From an uncultured Alphaproteobacteria bacterium (GTDB lineage: Bacteria; Pseudomonadota; Alphaproteobacteria; Rs-D84): 64,000 nt of DNA. A program made the translations under genes and the position numbers. The notes under the pieces were generated by a model that worked only from the letters and a program-made list of their open reading frames with translations, was not told the DNA's origin and did not search any database. This document shows positions 48,639 through 59,075 of the stretch, in pieces. The stretch's first letter is position 1; every line of letters starts with the position of its first letter. The stretch covers positions 100,611 through 164,610 of the forward strand of contig CASCZI010000002.1 in the NCBI GenBank assembly GCA_949156565.1. The letters run 5' to 3'.

Positions 48639-48851
48639 ATGAAAAAAGGCATTCACCCACCATATAACCCGATCAAGGTGACACGCACCGATGGCACAAC
48701 CATTGAAATTTTCACCACCTCGGGCAAGGATTTGGTTCTGTCCCAGGATAATTTAAATCATTCTGCCTGGACCGGTCAACGCAACAATACCGGCGACAAG
48801 GGCAAACGTGCGGCTGATTTTAAAACAAAATTTGCTGGGTTTAAATTCTAA
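48639..48851 (+). CDS. rpmE: 50S ribosomal protein L31 (non-zinc type)
   Basis: A 70-aa protein starting MKKGIHPPY. Its core has the L31 pattern without the CxxC zinc ribbon. Confidence 0.8.
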   Translation: MKKGIHPPYNPIKVTRTDGTTIEIFTTSGKDLVLSQDNLNHSAWTGQRNNTGDKGKRAADFKTKFAGFKF

Positions 48852-48860
48852 AAATGACGT

Positions 48861-49592
48861 GTGGCGCATCACGGGGGGGCACTGATGGAATTGCTGATTA
48901 AAGGTTCGACGGAATTAAACAAGATGTTTGTTGCGTTACAACGTACGGCATCGGGATTGCGTCGTGATTTCGGCGAAATCGAAAATCTTCAGCAATCATT
49001 ACGTGGTGCGCGTGATTTCGTGGCAAAGGCGGCGGCCCGCATCGAAGAAAGCGTTCTGGGGGATCTGTTATTGGTTCGACCCAATGCGGGTTTGTTGACC
49101 CCCAACGTGACGCGGGCGGGCGATGGACGCGATGAATTTGTTTTGGCCCTGTCGGGGGCGGCAAATTTCGTACGGGCCAATCCGCGATTTGCCATTACGT
49201 TGGCCCTGCGGTCAAATGATGAAACAAAAATTGGTCTGATCTATTCCCCGATTGATGAAAAATTATATTATGCCGAACAAGATTCGGGGGCGTATGAATT
49301 TTCTGCGTTTCATTCAACGCGAATCCGGGTATCAAACATCAAAAATTCTGAAGACATGACGATGGCGTACAATTTAGCAACGCCACGGCCCACCATGGGC
49401 AAAAATGCCCGTGTGACGGGGTGTCCGGCACTGGATCTGGCATGGGTTGCATCGGGTAAATTTGACGGATTTATATCCGATCCATTGGATTATGCCGAAT
49501 TGGCGGCGGGGGACCTTATCCTGCGCGAGGCAGGCGGTCGCATCACCATGGACGCGGATTTAATTGCCACCAATGGGCACATCGAATATTAA
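48861..49592 (+). CDS. inositol-monophosphatase-family protein (possibly degenerate active site)
   Basis: A 243-aa protein with a WDxAAG-like block (DYAELAAGDLILREAGG). The DPIDGT motif is altered to SPIDEKL. Confidence 0.65.
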   Translation: MAHHGGALMELLIKGSTELNKMFVALQRTASGLRRDFGEIENLQQSLRGARDFVAKAAARIEESVLGDLLLVRPNAGLLTPNVTRAGDGRDEFVLALSGAANFVRANPRFAITLALRSNDETKIGLIYSPIDEKLYYAEQDSGAYEFSAFHSTRIRVSNIKNSEDMTMAYNLATPRPTMGKNARVTGCPALDLAWVASGKFDGFISDPLDYAELAAGDLILREAGGRITMDADLIATNGHIEY

Positions 49593-49623
49593 AAAATGCG
49601 GGGGTTATCCCCGTTTTTTTTGG
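49591..49623 (+). terminator. rho-independent terminator
   Basis: GCGGGGGTTATCCCCGT hairpin followed by a 9-T run. Confidence 0.6.
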
Positions 49624-49672
49624 GACAAAACGCCTGTGTACATCGCCAAATTCCCGTGATACGATATATGTT

Positions 49673-50164
49673 ATGCACAAATTATGTCGTTTTAAATATA
49701 CCGGGGCATTGGTGTTGGGCATGCATGATGCGTTGGTTGAAATCACTGGAATTATGGCAGGCCTGGCCTTTGCCATTGATCAAAAACGCATTCTGGTTAT
49801 GACGGGATTAATCGCCGGCGTCGCGGCCAGTTTGTCGATGGCCGCCGCTAATTATATGGCCCAACGCACCGAACATAACCCCGATGCCTTGATCTGTGCC
49901 CTTTATACCGGATTAATGTATATTATGACGTCTGCGGCGGTTATTGCACCATTTTGTTTTATTGATCATCGATTCTGGGCCTTGGGGGCTATGGGATTGA
50001 TGGCGGTGGGAATTATCTTTGTCTTTAACTGGGTAACGTCATGTGCGGGCGAACGTCCCTTTTGGTCACGATTTTTGGAAATGCTGATTATCTGTACGGG
50101 GGTGTCCGTGACATCATTTGCCATCGGCCAAGGTGCCAAATACTTTCTGGGGGTGACGGTTTAA
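49673..50164 (+). CDS. VIT1/CCC1-family membrane protein
   Basis: A 163-aa protein with HDALVEITGIMAGLAFA (the VIT-family D-x-x-V-x-x-x-G-x-x-AG pattern) and 4-5 TM helices. Confidence 0.6.
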   Translation: MHKLCRFKYTGALVLGMHDALVEITGIMAGLAFAIDQKRILVMTGLIAGVAASLSMAAANYMAQRTEHNPDALICALYTGLMYIMTSAAVIAPFCFIDHRFWALGAMGLMAVGIIFVFNWVTSCAGERPFWSRFLEMLIICTGVSVTSFAIGQGAKYFLGVTV

Positions 50165-50172
50165 CCACGCCA

Positions 50173-50898
50173 TTATCGCCATGTGCAAATCACACTGGCG
50201 TGTTCAATACCATCATCGGTCAAGATTTTATGACGCGACATCAATCCATCAATTGCCACATCCACCGTCACAGACGGGGTATCGGGGGATATTTCTTTTT
50301 TAAAGTTTAATTCAATGGCGCGCAATTGATGCTGATTTCGGAAATCATATCCCACGCTTTCTGTGGCCCAAACCGCATAAACTGCATTGTTAATATGCTG
50401 ATTCACATCGATATCATCAAACCGACATTTCATCATATGGGATTTTTGGGGGACGAAATCTGGAAACTTGTCAAATGATCGATCCCATGCCCGACAATCA
50501 TTGGTCACAAATCGGGGTAAATTTTCATCCAATCGCACCGGCCGACGCCGGGCCAAATCGATCAAAACCCATTGCGATGTTGCCCGAACCATTAAACGCC
50601 CATCGGCCCCACGAATTTCAAAATCACGTGTGGCCCGCAACGCATCCGTACACGACGGCCATGTTAGAAATGTTAATTCTTCGCGTTCTGTGGGCATTTC
50701 AATAATATCCACCAGATAATGCGTCACAACCCATGCGATACCATGCGTCTGGCAATAGGCATACCCCACCCCCAACATTTCGGCATGTTTATCGCCTAAT
50801 CCCTGTAATTCATTCATCAGGATTAATGGCCGCATATTCCCATACCGATCACATTGATAGGCCGCCAGTGTCCGTCGTTCAATTAGTTGTTCGGTCAT
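50173..50898 (-). CDS. acyl-ACP thioesterase (hotdog fold)
   Basis: A 241-aa tandem-hotdog protein with DIDVNQHINNAVY in the second half. Confidence 0.65.
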   Translation of the reverse strand: MTEQLIERRTLAAYQCDRYGNMRPLILMNELQGLGDKHAEMLGVGYAYCQTHGIAWVVTHYLVDIIEMPTEREELTFLTWPSCTDALRATRDFEIRGADGRLMVRATSQWVLIDLARRRPVRLDENLPRFVTNDCRAWDRSFDKFPDFVPQKSHMMKCRFDDIDVNQHINNAVYAVWATESVGYDFRNQHQLRAIELNFKKEISPDTPSVTVDVAIDGLMSRHKILTDDGIEHASVICTWR

Positions 50899-50903
50899 TT
50901 TCT

Positions 50904-53306
50904 TTAACCCACCGTGGCCGGTGCCACAACAAAATCAATCCCATCACCCACCACAATTTCATTGGCCCGGCACGCCGATTGGATTAATCCTTGGACCGAT
51001 TCGGGCACATTTGTGGGAATGGTCAACGTGTCCAACCGGGCACCATTACCCACCTTGCGTTCGGTTCGCAGTCCACGCACCGCCCGTACGATATCAAGGG
51101 CCGATGCCATATCGGCCACATCGGTGTTGTATTCGTCCAGAACAATCGGGAACGCCGTCCGATGCAGGGTATCCCCGCCTTCGGTCGGGCGATAGATTTT
51201 TTGCCACAATTCTTCGGTAATAAACGGGATAAATGGTGCATACATCCCCAATATTGCCCGCAAAACCGTATACAATGTCCATTGTGCCGATGCCTTGGAC
51301 ATGTCATTGTATTTTTCCGGCGACCAAAACCGATCCTTGATAAATTCAATATATTGGTCACAGAACACATCATAAAAGAATGTATCAATCGCCGCACGGG
51401 CATTATAATTGTCGTATTTATCCAAATGGCGACGCACGTCGGAAATGGTCTTGTTCAATTCCGACAATACCCACCGATCTTCGATAAAGCGATCGGCAAC
51501 AGGTACCTTTGCGGTCGTTGTCGGATCAAAATCGGTTAAATACATCAACACAAACTTGGCCACATTCCATAATTTCGTCAGCAGTTTGGATCCCCGCTTT
51601 ACCTCATCATCACTATAACGAATATCCGTTCCGATGGGGGCTGTCGCGATCCAATACCGTAATGCATCCGCCCCAAATTTTTCCACCGCCGTCAACGGGT
51701 CAACACCATTGCCCTTGGTCTTGGACATCTTTTGCCCCTTGGCGTCACGCACCAGACCATGGAAATTAACGGTCCGGAACGGCACATCACCCATGGCGTA
51801 CATGCCCATCATCACCATCCGCGCCACCCAGAAAAAGATAATATCTGCGCCGGTGTATAATAAATCTGTGGGATAATATTTTTTCAATTCCGGCGTTTCG
51901 TCTGGCCAACCCAATGTTGAAAACGGCCACAATCCGGATGAAAACCACGTGTCCAAACATGATTGGTCGCGCGTTAATTCTTTGCCCCCCGATTGTTTAA
52001 TCGCCTCTTCCTCGGTTTCGGCAACATAGATGTTCCCATCCGCGTCATACCATGCCGGGATATGATGTCCCCACCATAATTGCCGCGAAATAGACCATTC
52101 ATGAATGTCACGCATCCATGCCATAAACAGGTTGTACCGATGGTCGGGCATGAATTTAATTTTGCCGGATTCGACCGCGGCAATGGCCGGCGCAGCCAAT
52201 TTTTGGGCGTCAACAAACCATTCATCACGCACCATGTATTCAATCACAACACCACCGCGTTCGGAATATGGGGTCGGAATAACCTTGTCATCAATATGGG
52301 TCAATAAACCGGCCGCATCCAGATCCGCAATAATCGCGTCGCGCGCCGCAAAGCGATCCATCCCACGATACTTTTCCGGGACGACATCAACATCCGCCAT
52401 TTTGGCATCGTTTGTTAAAATACCCACCACCGGCAAATGATGCCGCAGACCAACCCCCCAGTCATCCTTGTCATGGGCCGGGGTAATTTTCACGGCCCCC
52501 GTTCCTTTGTCCGGGTTGGCATGAACATCGGCAATGACCGGAATTTCAATATCGGTTAACGGAATAATCGCCGTGCGGCCAATCAAATGTTTTAACTTTT
52601 CATTTTCGGGATGAATGGCAATCGCCTGGTCGCCAAACAATGTTTCGGGCCGGGTCGTCGCAATTTCAATAAATCCACCGTCCTTTAATGGATAATTAAA
52701 GTAATAGAATTTACCTTTTTCTTCCTTAATATCTACTTCAAGATCTGAAATGGACGTTTGCTGTTTCGGGCACCAATTGACCAAACGCCGCGCCCGATAA
52801 ATCAAACCGTCGCGATACATTTTAACGAACATTTTATTCACCGCACGCGACAATCCTGCATCCATCGTAAATCGTTGACGCGCCCACACCGGTGTCACCC
52901 CCAGGGTGTGCAACTGATGCACAATTTGGCCGCCTTTGTCCGCCTTGTACGCCCATGCGGCATCCAATAATTCTGATGGGGTCATGGCACGGGGATTTTT
53001 CCCATTCTTGGACAGATCGCGTTCCACCATTAATTGCATCGCAATCGACGCATGATCGGTCCCGGGTTGCCATAACACGTCATATCCATCCATACGCTTG
53101 TACCGGCAAATAATATCGGTCAACACATTATCCAGCGCATGCCCCATATGCAAATTACCCGTCACATTCGGCGGCGGCATCATGATACAGAACGGCTTTT
53201 TATCCGATGTGACATCATTGTCCCAAAACGCGCCCGTGTCCCAAAATTGCTGCATACGGGTTTCGATTTCCCGCGGATTAATGTTTTTGCCCAATTCAAT
53301 GTTCAT
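50904..53306 (-). CDS. valS: valyl-tRNA synthetase (short form lacking C-terminal coiled coil)
   Basis: An 800-aa protein with a PPPNVTGNLHMGHA (HIGH-region) motif, a KMSKTKGN (KMSKS) motif, and editing and anticodon-binding domains. Confidence 0.93.
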   Translation of the reverse strand: MNIELGKNINPREIETRMQQFWDTGAFWDNDVTSDKKPFCIMMPPPNVTGNLHMGHALDNVLTDIICRYKRMDGYDVLWQPGTDHASIAMQLMVERDLSKNGKNPRAMTPSELLDAAWAYKADKGGQIVHQLHTLGVTPVWARQRFTMDAGLSRAVNKMFVKMYRDGLIYRARRLVNWCPKQQTSISDLEVDIKEEKGKFYYFNYPLKDGGFIEIATTRPETLFGDQAIAIHPENEKLKHLIGRTAIIPLTDIEIPVIADVHANPDKGTGAVKITPAHDKDDWGVGLRHHLPVVGILTNDAKMADVDVVPEKYRGMDRFAARDAIIADLDAAGLLTHIDDKVIPTPYSERGGVVIEYMVRDEWFVDAQKLAAPAIAAVESGKIKFMPDHRYNLFMAWMRDIHEWSISRQLWWGHHIPAWYDADGNIYVAETEEEAIKQSGGKELTRDQSCLDTWFSSGLWPFSTLGWPDETPELKKYYPTDLLYTGADIIFFWVARMVMMGMYAMGDVPFRTVNFHGLVRDAKGQKMSKTKGNGVDPLTAVEKFGADALRYWIATAPIGTDIRYSDDEVKRGSKLLTKLWNVAKFVLMYLTDFDPTTTAKVPVADRFIEDRWVLSELNKTISDVRRHLDKYDNYNARAAIDTFFYDVFCDQYIEFIKDRFWSPEKYNDMSKASAQWTLYTVLRAILGMYAPFIPFITEELWQKIYRPTEGGDTLHRTAFPIVLDEYNTDVADMASALDIVRAVRGLRTERKVGNGARLDTLTIPTNVPESVQGLIQSACRANEIVVGDGIDFVVAPATVG

Positions 53307-53309
53307 CTG

Positions 53310-53831
53310 TTACTTCCTTATAATTGGTGTCCAATTTTTTGAATCTTGTTTGTATGATGCCGGATCTGTTATCTCTACCCAATGTTGGGTCCGACCAAAG
53401 GGCCCAATTTTCCCCCGCACATTTAAATGACCCGGCACATCCTGCCATAAAAGGGACGAATATACCTTGCCCGATTGGGGATCCATAATTTTGCCATCTT
53501 CATATCGATTCTCGTCCCTATCCCATTCCATGTCCCAAATAATGTCCAAACCCACGTATTTGGGCGCACCCGGTACGTTTTCCGCCACCCGAACCGCATT
53601 GCGGGGTGTATCTGTTACCTGGCCGTCGGCACCATAGAGGGCCACAATCCGACCCGCCAATTTCATATCATCACCATCTTGATATTCATAGAGTTGCACA
53701 ATCGATTTCGGATTGCCTGTTTTGTCATCAATCGTTTGATATAAATCGGCAAACGGCAACGCCGCCGATGCCGCCCCCGATAAAAACACACACATAATAC
53801 CCATTAAAAATTTGTTCATTGAATGATCCAT
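53310..53831 (-). CDS. DUF2147-family secreted protein
   Basis: A signal peptide followed by DGKIMDPQSGKVYSS, matching the DUF2147 'G.IYDP..GK.Y' pattern. Confidence 0.6.
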   Translation of the reverse strand: MDHSMNKFLMGIMCVFLSGAASAALPFADLYQTIDDKTGNPKSIVQLYEYQDGDDMKLAGRIVALYGADGQVTDTPRNAVRVAENVPGAPKYVGLDIIWDMEWDRDENRYEDGKIMDPQSGKVYSSLLWQDVPGHLNVRGKIGPFGRTQHWVEITDPASYKQDSKNWTPIIRK

Positions 53832-53919
53832 TTACCCATATCCCCATTATCGTATCAGATTTAAATCAAATTTCAAGAACCCATCCAGAACGAAAAAAAA
53901 ATTGACATTTTGACATTTT

Positions 53920-54444
53920 GTGGCACGATATACCTGGAATAATAAAAGGTTTATGATGTCAACCCCAAAAATTATTTTAACCGCAGATTCTTTTACCAAA
54001 ATTGTATCATCGGCCGGGCGCCTGGTCAACATTTACCCCATTCATTTCCGTCCCATGAAAAAGGGCACCGATGAATGGGCCCAAATCTTTCAATCCGAAA
54101 ATTTGATTGATTCCGAACATGCAAAAAAACTCTCCCTGTTTTCCCTGCCGGGTTTTCAAGGCACCTATGACATTATCCCCGAAAATTCGCGTACCGTCAT
54201 TATGCGGGCGGGATTTAATGTAAAACAATCCCGTCAACATCCCACAGACACAAAATATTATGGCTATGTCGAATTTACCCCGGATAATCCCCATAGCCGG
54301 TACCGCTTTACCAATATTGAGCATAAGGCATTGGTCCCGATGATCTTGGAACCCTTGCTTAAAGAATATAACAGACAGCAAATAGATCATGATCAGAACA
54401 AGTTAACTTATCTGCTCCAGGTTCTTAAAGAATACACACGCTAA
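53920..54444 (+). CDS. hypothetical protein, paralog of 54881-55393
   Basis: A 174-aa ORF that shares Y-G/A-Y-V/I-EFTP and a C-terminal ...L..LK.Y block with the downstream ORF. The start may be MMSTPK (53953). Confidence 0.45.
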   Translation: MARYTWNNKRFMMSTPKIILTADSFTKIVSSAGRLVNIYPIHFRPMKKGTDEWAQIFQSENLIDSEHAKKLSLFSLPGFQGTYDIIPENSRTVIMRAGFNVKQSRQHPTDTKYYGYVEFTPDNPHSRYRFTNIEHKALVPMILEPLLKEYNRQQIDHDQNKLTYLLQVLKEYTR

Positions 54445-54476
54445 AAAATTCCCGGAAATACCCGGGATTTTTTATA
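54444..54476 (+). terminator. rho-independent terminator
   Basis: TCCCGGAAATACCCGGGA hairpin followed by a T-run. Confidence 0.55.
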
Positions 54477-54490
54477 GGTATAAGTTATAA

Positions 54491-54800
54491 CGCCCACCCA
54501 CGCAAACACATGTTCGCGTGGGTGGTCCCAGGAGGGGAATTTCCATCGAATATGCCTGAGAATAAGTTCCCCTCTATTGGAGGGGTGGCGCAACGCGCCG
54601 GGGTGGTCTTTATATTCCCCGCCAGGGGGCAACGCCCCCGCAGGCGGAGAACTTACGCCGTACAACGCCACAAACCTCAGCCTTTCCTCATTGTCATTCC
54701 CGGGCTGGACCCCGGGCCCCGCAAAAACTTGTTTTTGTGGGCGGGACCCCGGAATCCAGGTAAAATATGTCCCGCGATAGCGGGATGCCTTTACCCCCCC
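54491..54800. repeat. GC-rich nested-palindrome repeat, copy C (composite)
   Basis: An initial hairpin reads CCCACCCACGCG...CGCGTGGGTGG. The core is CTGAGAATAAGTTCCCCTCTATTGGAGGGG, followed by the GGGGTGGTCTTTATATT terminus motif. It also carries the CCCCGCAAAAACTTGTTTTTGTGGG submodule shared with copy A. The ORFs predicted here are spurious. Confidence 0.5.
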
Positions 54801-54880
54801 AAAAAAACAAAACCCATTAAACAAAATTTTTATTGACAATATAATATATTTTTGTCAACCTTTAAAAAAGGAGTATTATA

Positions 54881-55393
54881 ATGTTTACCAATGATGACAT
54901 CACCTTATCATGCAGTGAGTATGATGATCTCTTATCCGCGTCAATGCATGTGATTGAATGCAAGCCTGTCGTGTATCACCCCGCGGTTGATTATGGCAAG
55001 ACCAATCGGGAATCAATTAAAAAATCAGAAAATAGAACATATCTGGAACCAGGCAATGAATATATGCACAAACTCATTTCAATCATGCATGGCGGTTTTT
55101 ATGACGTTGTAGAAGATTTAACCCCCGGGGCCCCCACACTCATACGTACCGCCTATAATGTTAATAAGATCGAGAATCTATATGACAATGATTATGCCTA
55201 TTATGCGTATATTGAATTTACACCCGGGCAACACAAAACACACCAAATTTTTCGCGGTGGATCAACTTTCGAACGTTCCCGAACGTTTGTACAAAAAATG
55301 TTGCCCTGCGTCCTGAATAAATATTATTCCCAGGAAAAAAATATCACCACAAACAAGATATCCAATATCATTACAAAATTAAAGCAGTATTAA
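54881..55393 (+). CDS. hypothetical protein, paralog of 53920-54444
   Basis: A 170-aa ORF with YAYIEFTPGQ and a C-terminal KISNIITKLKQY, aligning with the upstream paralog. Confidence 0.45.
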   Translation: MFTNDDITLSCSEYDDLLSASMHVIECKPVVYHPAVDYGKTNRESIKKSENRTYLEPGNEYMHKLISIMHGGFYDVVEDLTPGAPTLIRTAYNVNKIENLYDNDYAYYAYIEFTPGQHKTHQIFRGGSTFERSRTFVQKMLPCVLNKYYSQEKNITTNKISNIITKLKQY

Positions 55394-55422
55394 AAATCCG
55401 CCGGTTTCGGCGGATTTTTTTA
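55392..55422. terminator. bidirectional rho-independent terminator
   Basis: TCCGCCGGTTTCGGCGGA hairpin flanked by an A-run and a T-run. Confidence 0.6.
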
Positions 55423-55824
55423 ACCGTTCAGTGTACTTAGCGCCTGATCCAATAACGCGATCGCCCGTTCTATATCAACGCGCCGTGCGGTATCTGTCCC
55501 CGCATCCCGTGGCGTCGCCCCGTGCCCGACATCCCTTGGTCTTTCGCCAAATTGGTCCATCGCATCCCCGGCCCGGGCGGGCAAATTTCCATCCCGGATC
55601 AGTTTTTTAACCCCCGCGATCGTCATTCCATGTTTATAGAGTAAGTCTTTGATCACCACCAATCGGTCAACCGTTTCCGCACGATAATACCGCCGTCCCC
55701 CCGCCCCAGTGGTTGGGCGGATGGCCACTGGAAACTGCTTTTCCCAATAACGCAACGTATGTGCCGGAACATCCAATTGTTTCGACACATCGTTGATTGA
55801 TGAAAAATATTCATTATTGTTCAT
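55420..55824 (-). CDS. MerR-family transcriptional regulator
   Basis: An HTH ([22 protein letters not shown]) followed by a coiled-coil dimerisation helix. The start is MNNNEYF. It overlaps the gyrA stop by about 11 bp. Confidence 0.75.
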   Translation of the reverse strand: MNNNEYFSSINDVSKQLDVPAHTLRYWEKQFPVAIRPTTGAGGRRYYRAETVDRLVVIKDLLYKHGMTIAGVKKLIRDGNLPARAGDAMDQFGERPRDVGHGATPRDAGTDTARRVDIERAIALLDQALSTLNG

Positions 55825-58585
55825 CGTTGTCCTTTGATTCATTATCCCCGGCATCATCGGTTTGGGCAATCACAGCTTCTTCGTCGGTGTCATCACGCAC
55901 AATTGATATGGCCGATACCACCTTTTCATTGTCGGCCGTGCGTAACAATGTTACCCCCGCCGTGGCGCGGCCCGCAATACGCACATCGGCCGCAGGCGTA
56001 CGGATAATTTTCCCCCCGTCGGTCACCATGATAATGTCTTGATCATCTGTGACCGGGAAAGACCCCGCCACCGCCGTGTTTTTACCCCCCAATTTAATGT
56101 TGGTAAACCCACCGCCACCACGATGCGTAATCCGATATTCATAGGAACTGGTCCGTTTACCAAATCCGTTTTCAGAAATGGTTAATATAAACTGTTCCGC
56201 CGCCGCCATTTCCGCCATCTTGGCATCATCGAGGACCAAATTCGTTGCTTCTTCGTCCGTATCCCCTGCATCTTCTTCGATCCCCGTCGCGGCACGACGC
56301 AATGCGCGTGATTGGCGGATATACGCCGCACGCACGGCCGAATCAGATTCGCCGTGATTTAACATGGCCATGCCAATAATCCGATCGTCCGAATTTAATG
56401 ACATCCCCCGTACACCGGTTGAATTACGACCGGCAAAGACGCGAATTTCCGAAACCGGGAACCGGATACACCGCCCGCGATAGGTGGATAAAAACACATC
56501 CATATCATCCGTACAGGGTAAAACGGAAATCAAGCTGTCGCCTTCGTCCAATTTCATGGCAATTTTTCCATTGGCCCGGATCGAATCAAAATCCGACATA
56601 CGGTTACGCCGCACGGTCCCCGACGCCGTTGCAAACATCAAGAAATGTTCTTTGCCCGACGCGGCAACCCGTTGCACATCTTCGTCCGACACCGGCAAAA
56701 TGGCCGTGATGGTTTCCCCATCCGAGAGTGGCAATAAATTAACCAATGGCCGCCCCTTGGCCGCCGCGGCCGCTTCGGGTAATTTGTATGTTTTTAATTT
56801 ATAACACAATCCCTTTGAACTAAAGAACAACAACGGCGTGTGGGTATTGGCCACAAATACCTGAACCACATAATCGTCTTCTTTGGTCGCCATGGCGTTA
56901 CGTCCCTTGCCACCCCGCTTTTGCGCGCGATATGTATCCAACGCAACACGTTTAATGTATCCGGTATTGGTGACCGTCACCACCATATCTTCGCGCGCAA
57001 TCAAATCTTCGATATCAATATCAATTTCTGCATCTGAAATCTCTGTGCGGCGATCGGATGCCCAACTATCGCGTATGGCCGCGGTTTCTTCGCGGATGAT
57101 TTGTGTGATGCGCGCGGCACTGCCCAAGATTTCTAACAAATCTTTGATAACCGCACCCAATTCAGTTAAATCATTGTGAATCTTGTCCCGTTCCAAACCC
57201 GTTAGGCGGTGCAACTGTAATTCCAGAATCGCGCGCGCTTGATCTTCGGACATATGGAACATGCCGTTTTCATATTCGGTGTTAGGATCGTCGATCAATT
57301 GAATGTACGTTTCAATATCCGATGCCTTCCACCCACGTGACATCAATGCTTCGCGGGCGGCATCGGGGGACGGACTGGATTTAATTAATTCAATAACGGC
57401 ATCCAAATTACCCACCGCCACCGATAACCCCAGTAACGTATGTGCGCGATTGCGCGCCTTGTTTAAATCAAAGATGGTGCGACGACGAATCACCTCTGCC
57501 CGGAAATCGATAAAGGCATCCAAAACGCCGCGAATATTAAACAGCATCGGCCGACCGCGATTTAACGCCATCATGTTGACCGGAAAACTGGTCTGCATTT
57601 CGGTGTATTGGAACAAATGATTTAACACCACGTCCGCAATGGCATCTCGTTTTAATTCAACCACCACCCGCAGTCCTTCTTTGGATGATTCATCCCGAAT
57701 TTCAGAAATACCTTCGATTCGTTTGTCTTTGATCAATTCCGCAATTTTGATAATCATTTGGGCTTTGTTGACCTGATACGGGATTTCATCAACAATAATC
57801 GCCTGATGATCACGAAAATCTTCGATATGTGTTTTGGCCCGAACCAGAATCGATCCACGCCCCGTGTTGTGTGCCTTGTACGAACCGGCACGCCCCATTA
57901 TGATCCCGCCCGTTGGAAAATCAGGCCCCGGGATAATATCAAATAATTCATCGTCGGTTATGTCGCGATTATCTAAAATAGCCAAAATACCATTGCACAC
58001 TTCGCCCAAGTTATAGGTTGGTACATTCGTCGCCATCCCAACCGCAATCCCCGATCCCCCATTGACCAAGAAATTTGGGAACTTTGCCGGCAAGACAGCC
58101 GGTTCTTGTAACGTCCCGTCAAAATTGGGATTCCAATCCACCGTGTCTTTGTCCATGTCATCCATCAACGACGCCCCCAGTTTAGAGAGTCGTGCCTCTG
58201 TATAACGCATGGCGGCGGGTTTATCCCCATCACGTGAACCAAAGTTACCCTGACCCTGGACCAATGTTTCCCCCATGGAAAAATCTTGGGCCATGCGGGC
58301 CATTGCCTCATAAATCGAACTGTCGCCATGGGGATGATACTTACCCATCACATCACCCACGATACGGGCGGATTTCACAGTTGCGCGTGTTGCGGGCGCC
58401 ACATCATTCATCACATATAAAATGCGTCGATGCACCGGTTTGCACCCGTCACGAACGTCGGGCAATGCACGATCCACAATCACCGACATCGCATAGTCCA
58501 AAAAGCTGGTCCGCATTTCATGTTCCAGCGATGATTGTGGCACTTTGATTTCATTAATTTCGTTATTGGATGTGATTTCACTCAT
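55814..58585 (-). CDS. gyrA: DNA gyrase subunit A
   Basis: A 923-aa protein with an N-terminal active-site-Tyr region ([12 protein letters not shown]), a QRDR-like segment, and a C-terminal beta-pinwheel with an acidic tail. Confidence 0.95.
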   Translation of the reverse strand: MSEITSNNEINEIKVPQSSLEHEMRTSFLDYAMSVIVDRALPDVRDGCKPVHRRILYVMNDVAPATRATVKSARIVGDVMGKYHPHGDSSIYEAMARMAQDFSMGETLVQGQGNFGSRDGDKPAAMRYTEARLSKLGASLMDDMDKDTVDWNPNFDGTLQEPAVLPAKFPNFLVNGGSGIAVGMATNVPTYNLGEVCNGILAILDNRDITDDELFDIIPGPDFPTGGIIMGRAGSYKAHNTGRGSILVRAKTHIEDFRDHQAIIVDEIPYQVNKAQMIIKIAELIKDKRIEGISEIRDESSKEGLRVVVELKRDAIADVVLNHLFQYTEMQTSFPVNMMALNRGRPMLFNIRGVLDAFIDFRAEVIRRRTIFDLNKARNRAHTLLGLSVAVGNLDAVIELIKSSPSPDAAREALMSRGWKASDIETYIQLIDDPNTEYENGMFHMSEDQARAILELQLHRLTGLERDKIHNDLTELGAVIKDLLEILGSAARITQIIREETAAIRDSWASDRRTEISDAEIDIDIEDLIAREDMVVTVTNTGYIKRVALDTYRAQKRGGKGRNAMATKEDDYVVQVFVANTHTPLLFFSSKGLCYKLKTYKLPEAAAAAKGRPLVNLLPLSDGETITAILPVSDEDVQRVAASGKEHFLMFATASGTVRRNRMSDFDSIRANGKIAMKLDEGDSLISVLPCTDDMDVFLSTYRGRCIRFPVSEIRVFAGRNSTGVRGMSLNSDDRIIGMAMLNHGESDSAVRAAYIRQSRALRRAATGIEEDAGDTDEEATNLVLDDAKMAEMAAAEQFILTISENGFGKRTSSYEYRITHRGGGGFTNIKLGGKNTAVAGSFPVTDDQDIIMVTDGGKIIRTPAADVRIAGRATAGVTLLRTADNEKVVSAISIVRDDTDEEAVIAQTDDAGDNESKDNDEQ

Positions 58586-58883
58586 ACTGCTTTTTCCCCT
58601 AATTTTTCATGCCTTTACAATAGCAAAATTTTAGGCTTTTGGTCAAGAAATAAACCACAAAAAACATATTGACAAAAGATCGATTTGTAATACAATAAAT
58701 GCATCATAAATAACAGGATTAAAAATGTTTTTAGCTTTATGGAATTTGTTCGTTGTCTTGTTTGTTTATCACGCCACGATTTTGTGGATGCAACATCTGG
58801 GTATTTTAAAAGGCAAATTAAAATAAAAAAAGGTTGCGTTTTCCAAAAACCTATGATTAAATAGACGCACAAAAGGATTTATT

Positions 58884-59036
58884 ATGGCAACAAAACGTAC
58901 TTATCAACCGTCGAAAACCCGTCGTATTCGCACACATGGTTTTCGTGAACGTATGGCGACCAAATCGGGACGCGCGGTATTATCCCGTCGTCGCGCCGCG
59001 GGACGCAAAAGATTGGCCGTTTCGGCGGCAAATTAA
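58884..59036 (+). CDS. rpmH: 50S ribosomal protein L34
   Basis: A 50-aa ORF ([50 protein letters not shown]) that was absent from the ORF track. Confidence 0.85.
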   Translation: MATKRTYQPSKTRRIRTHGFRERMATKSGRAVLSRRRAAGRKRLAVSAAN

Positions 59037-59066
59037 AAACACCCCCATCGGGGGTGTTTTTTTTAT
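59037..59066. terminator. bidirectional rho-independent terminator
   Basis: ACACCCCCATCGGGGGTGT hairpin followed by a 9-T run, directly after rpmH. Confidence 0.6.
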
Positions 59067-59075
59067 ATCTTTGTC

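Noticed and set aside
54441-54839. ORFs 54441-54839 (-), 54510-54836 (+) and 54577-54780 (+) over repeat copy C
   Set aside because: Three overlapping frames within the composite palindromic repeat. There are no RBS or start-context signals, and they sit between two terminators.
58615-58872. 85-aa minus-strand ORF in the gyrA-rpmH intergenic region
   Set aside because: It is an AT-rich promoter spacer. The ORF composition is dominated by Leu/Ile/Lys/Phe from A/T runs, and it would collide with both divergent promoters.
58586-58883. Possible oriC / DnaA-box cluster in the gyrA-rpmH spacer
   Set aside because: Only one weak 7-of-9 match (TGTGGATGC) is present and dnaA is not nearby, so there is not enough support to call an origin.
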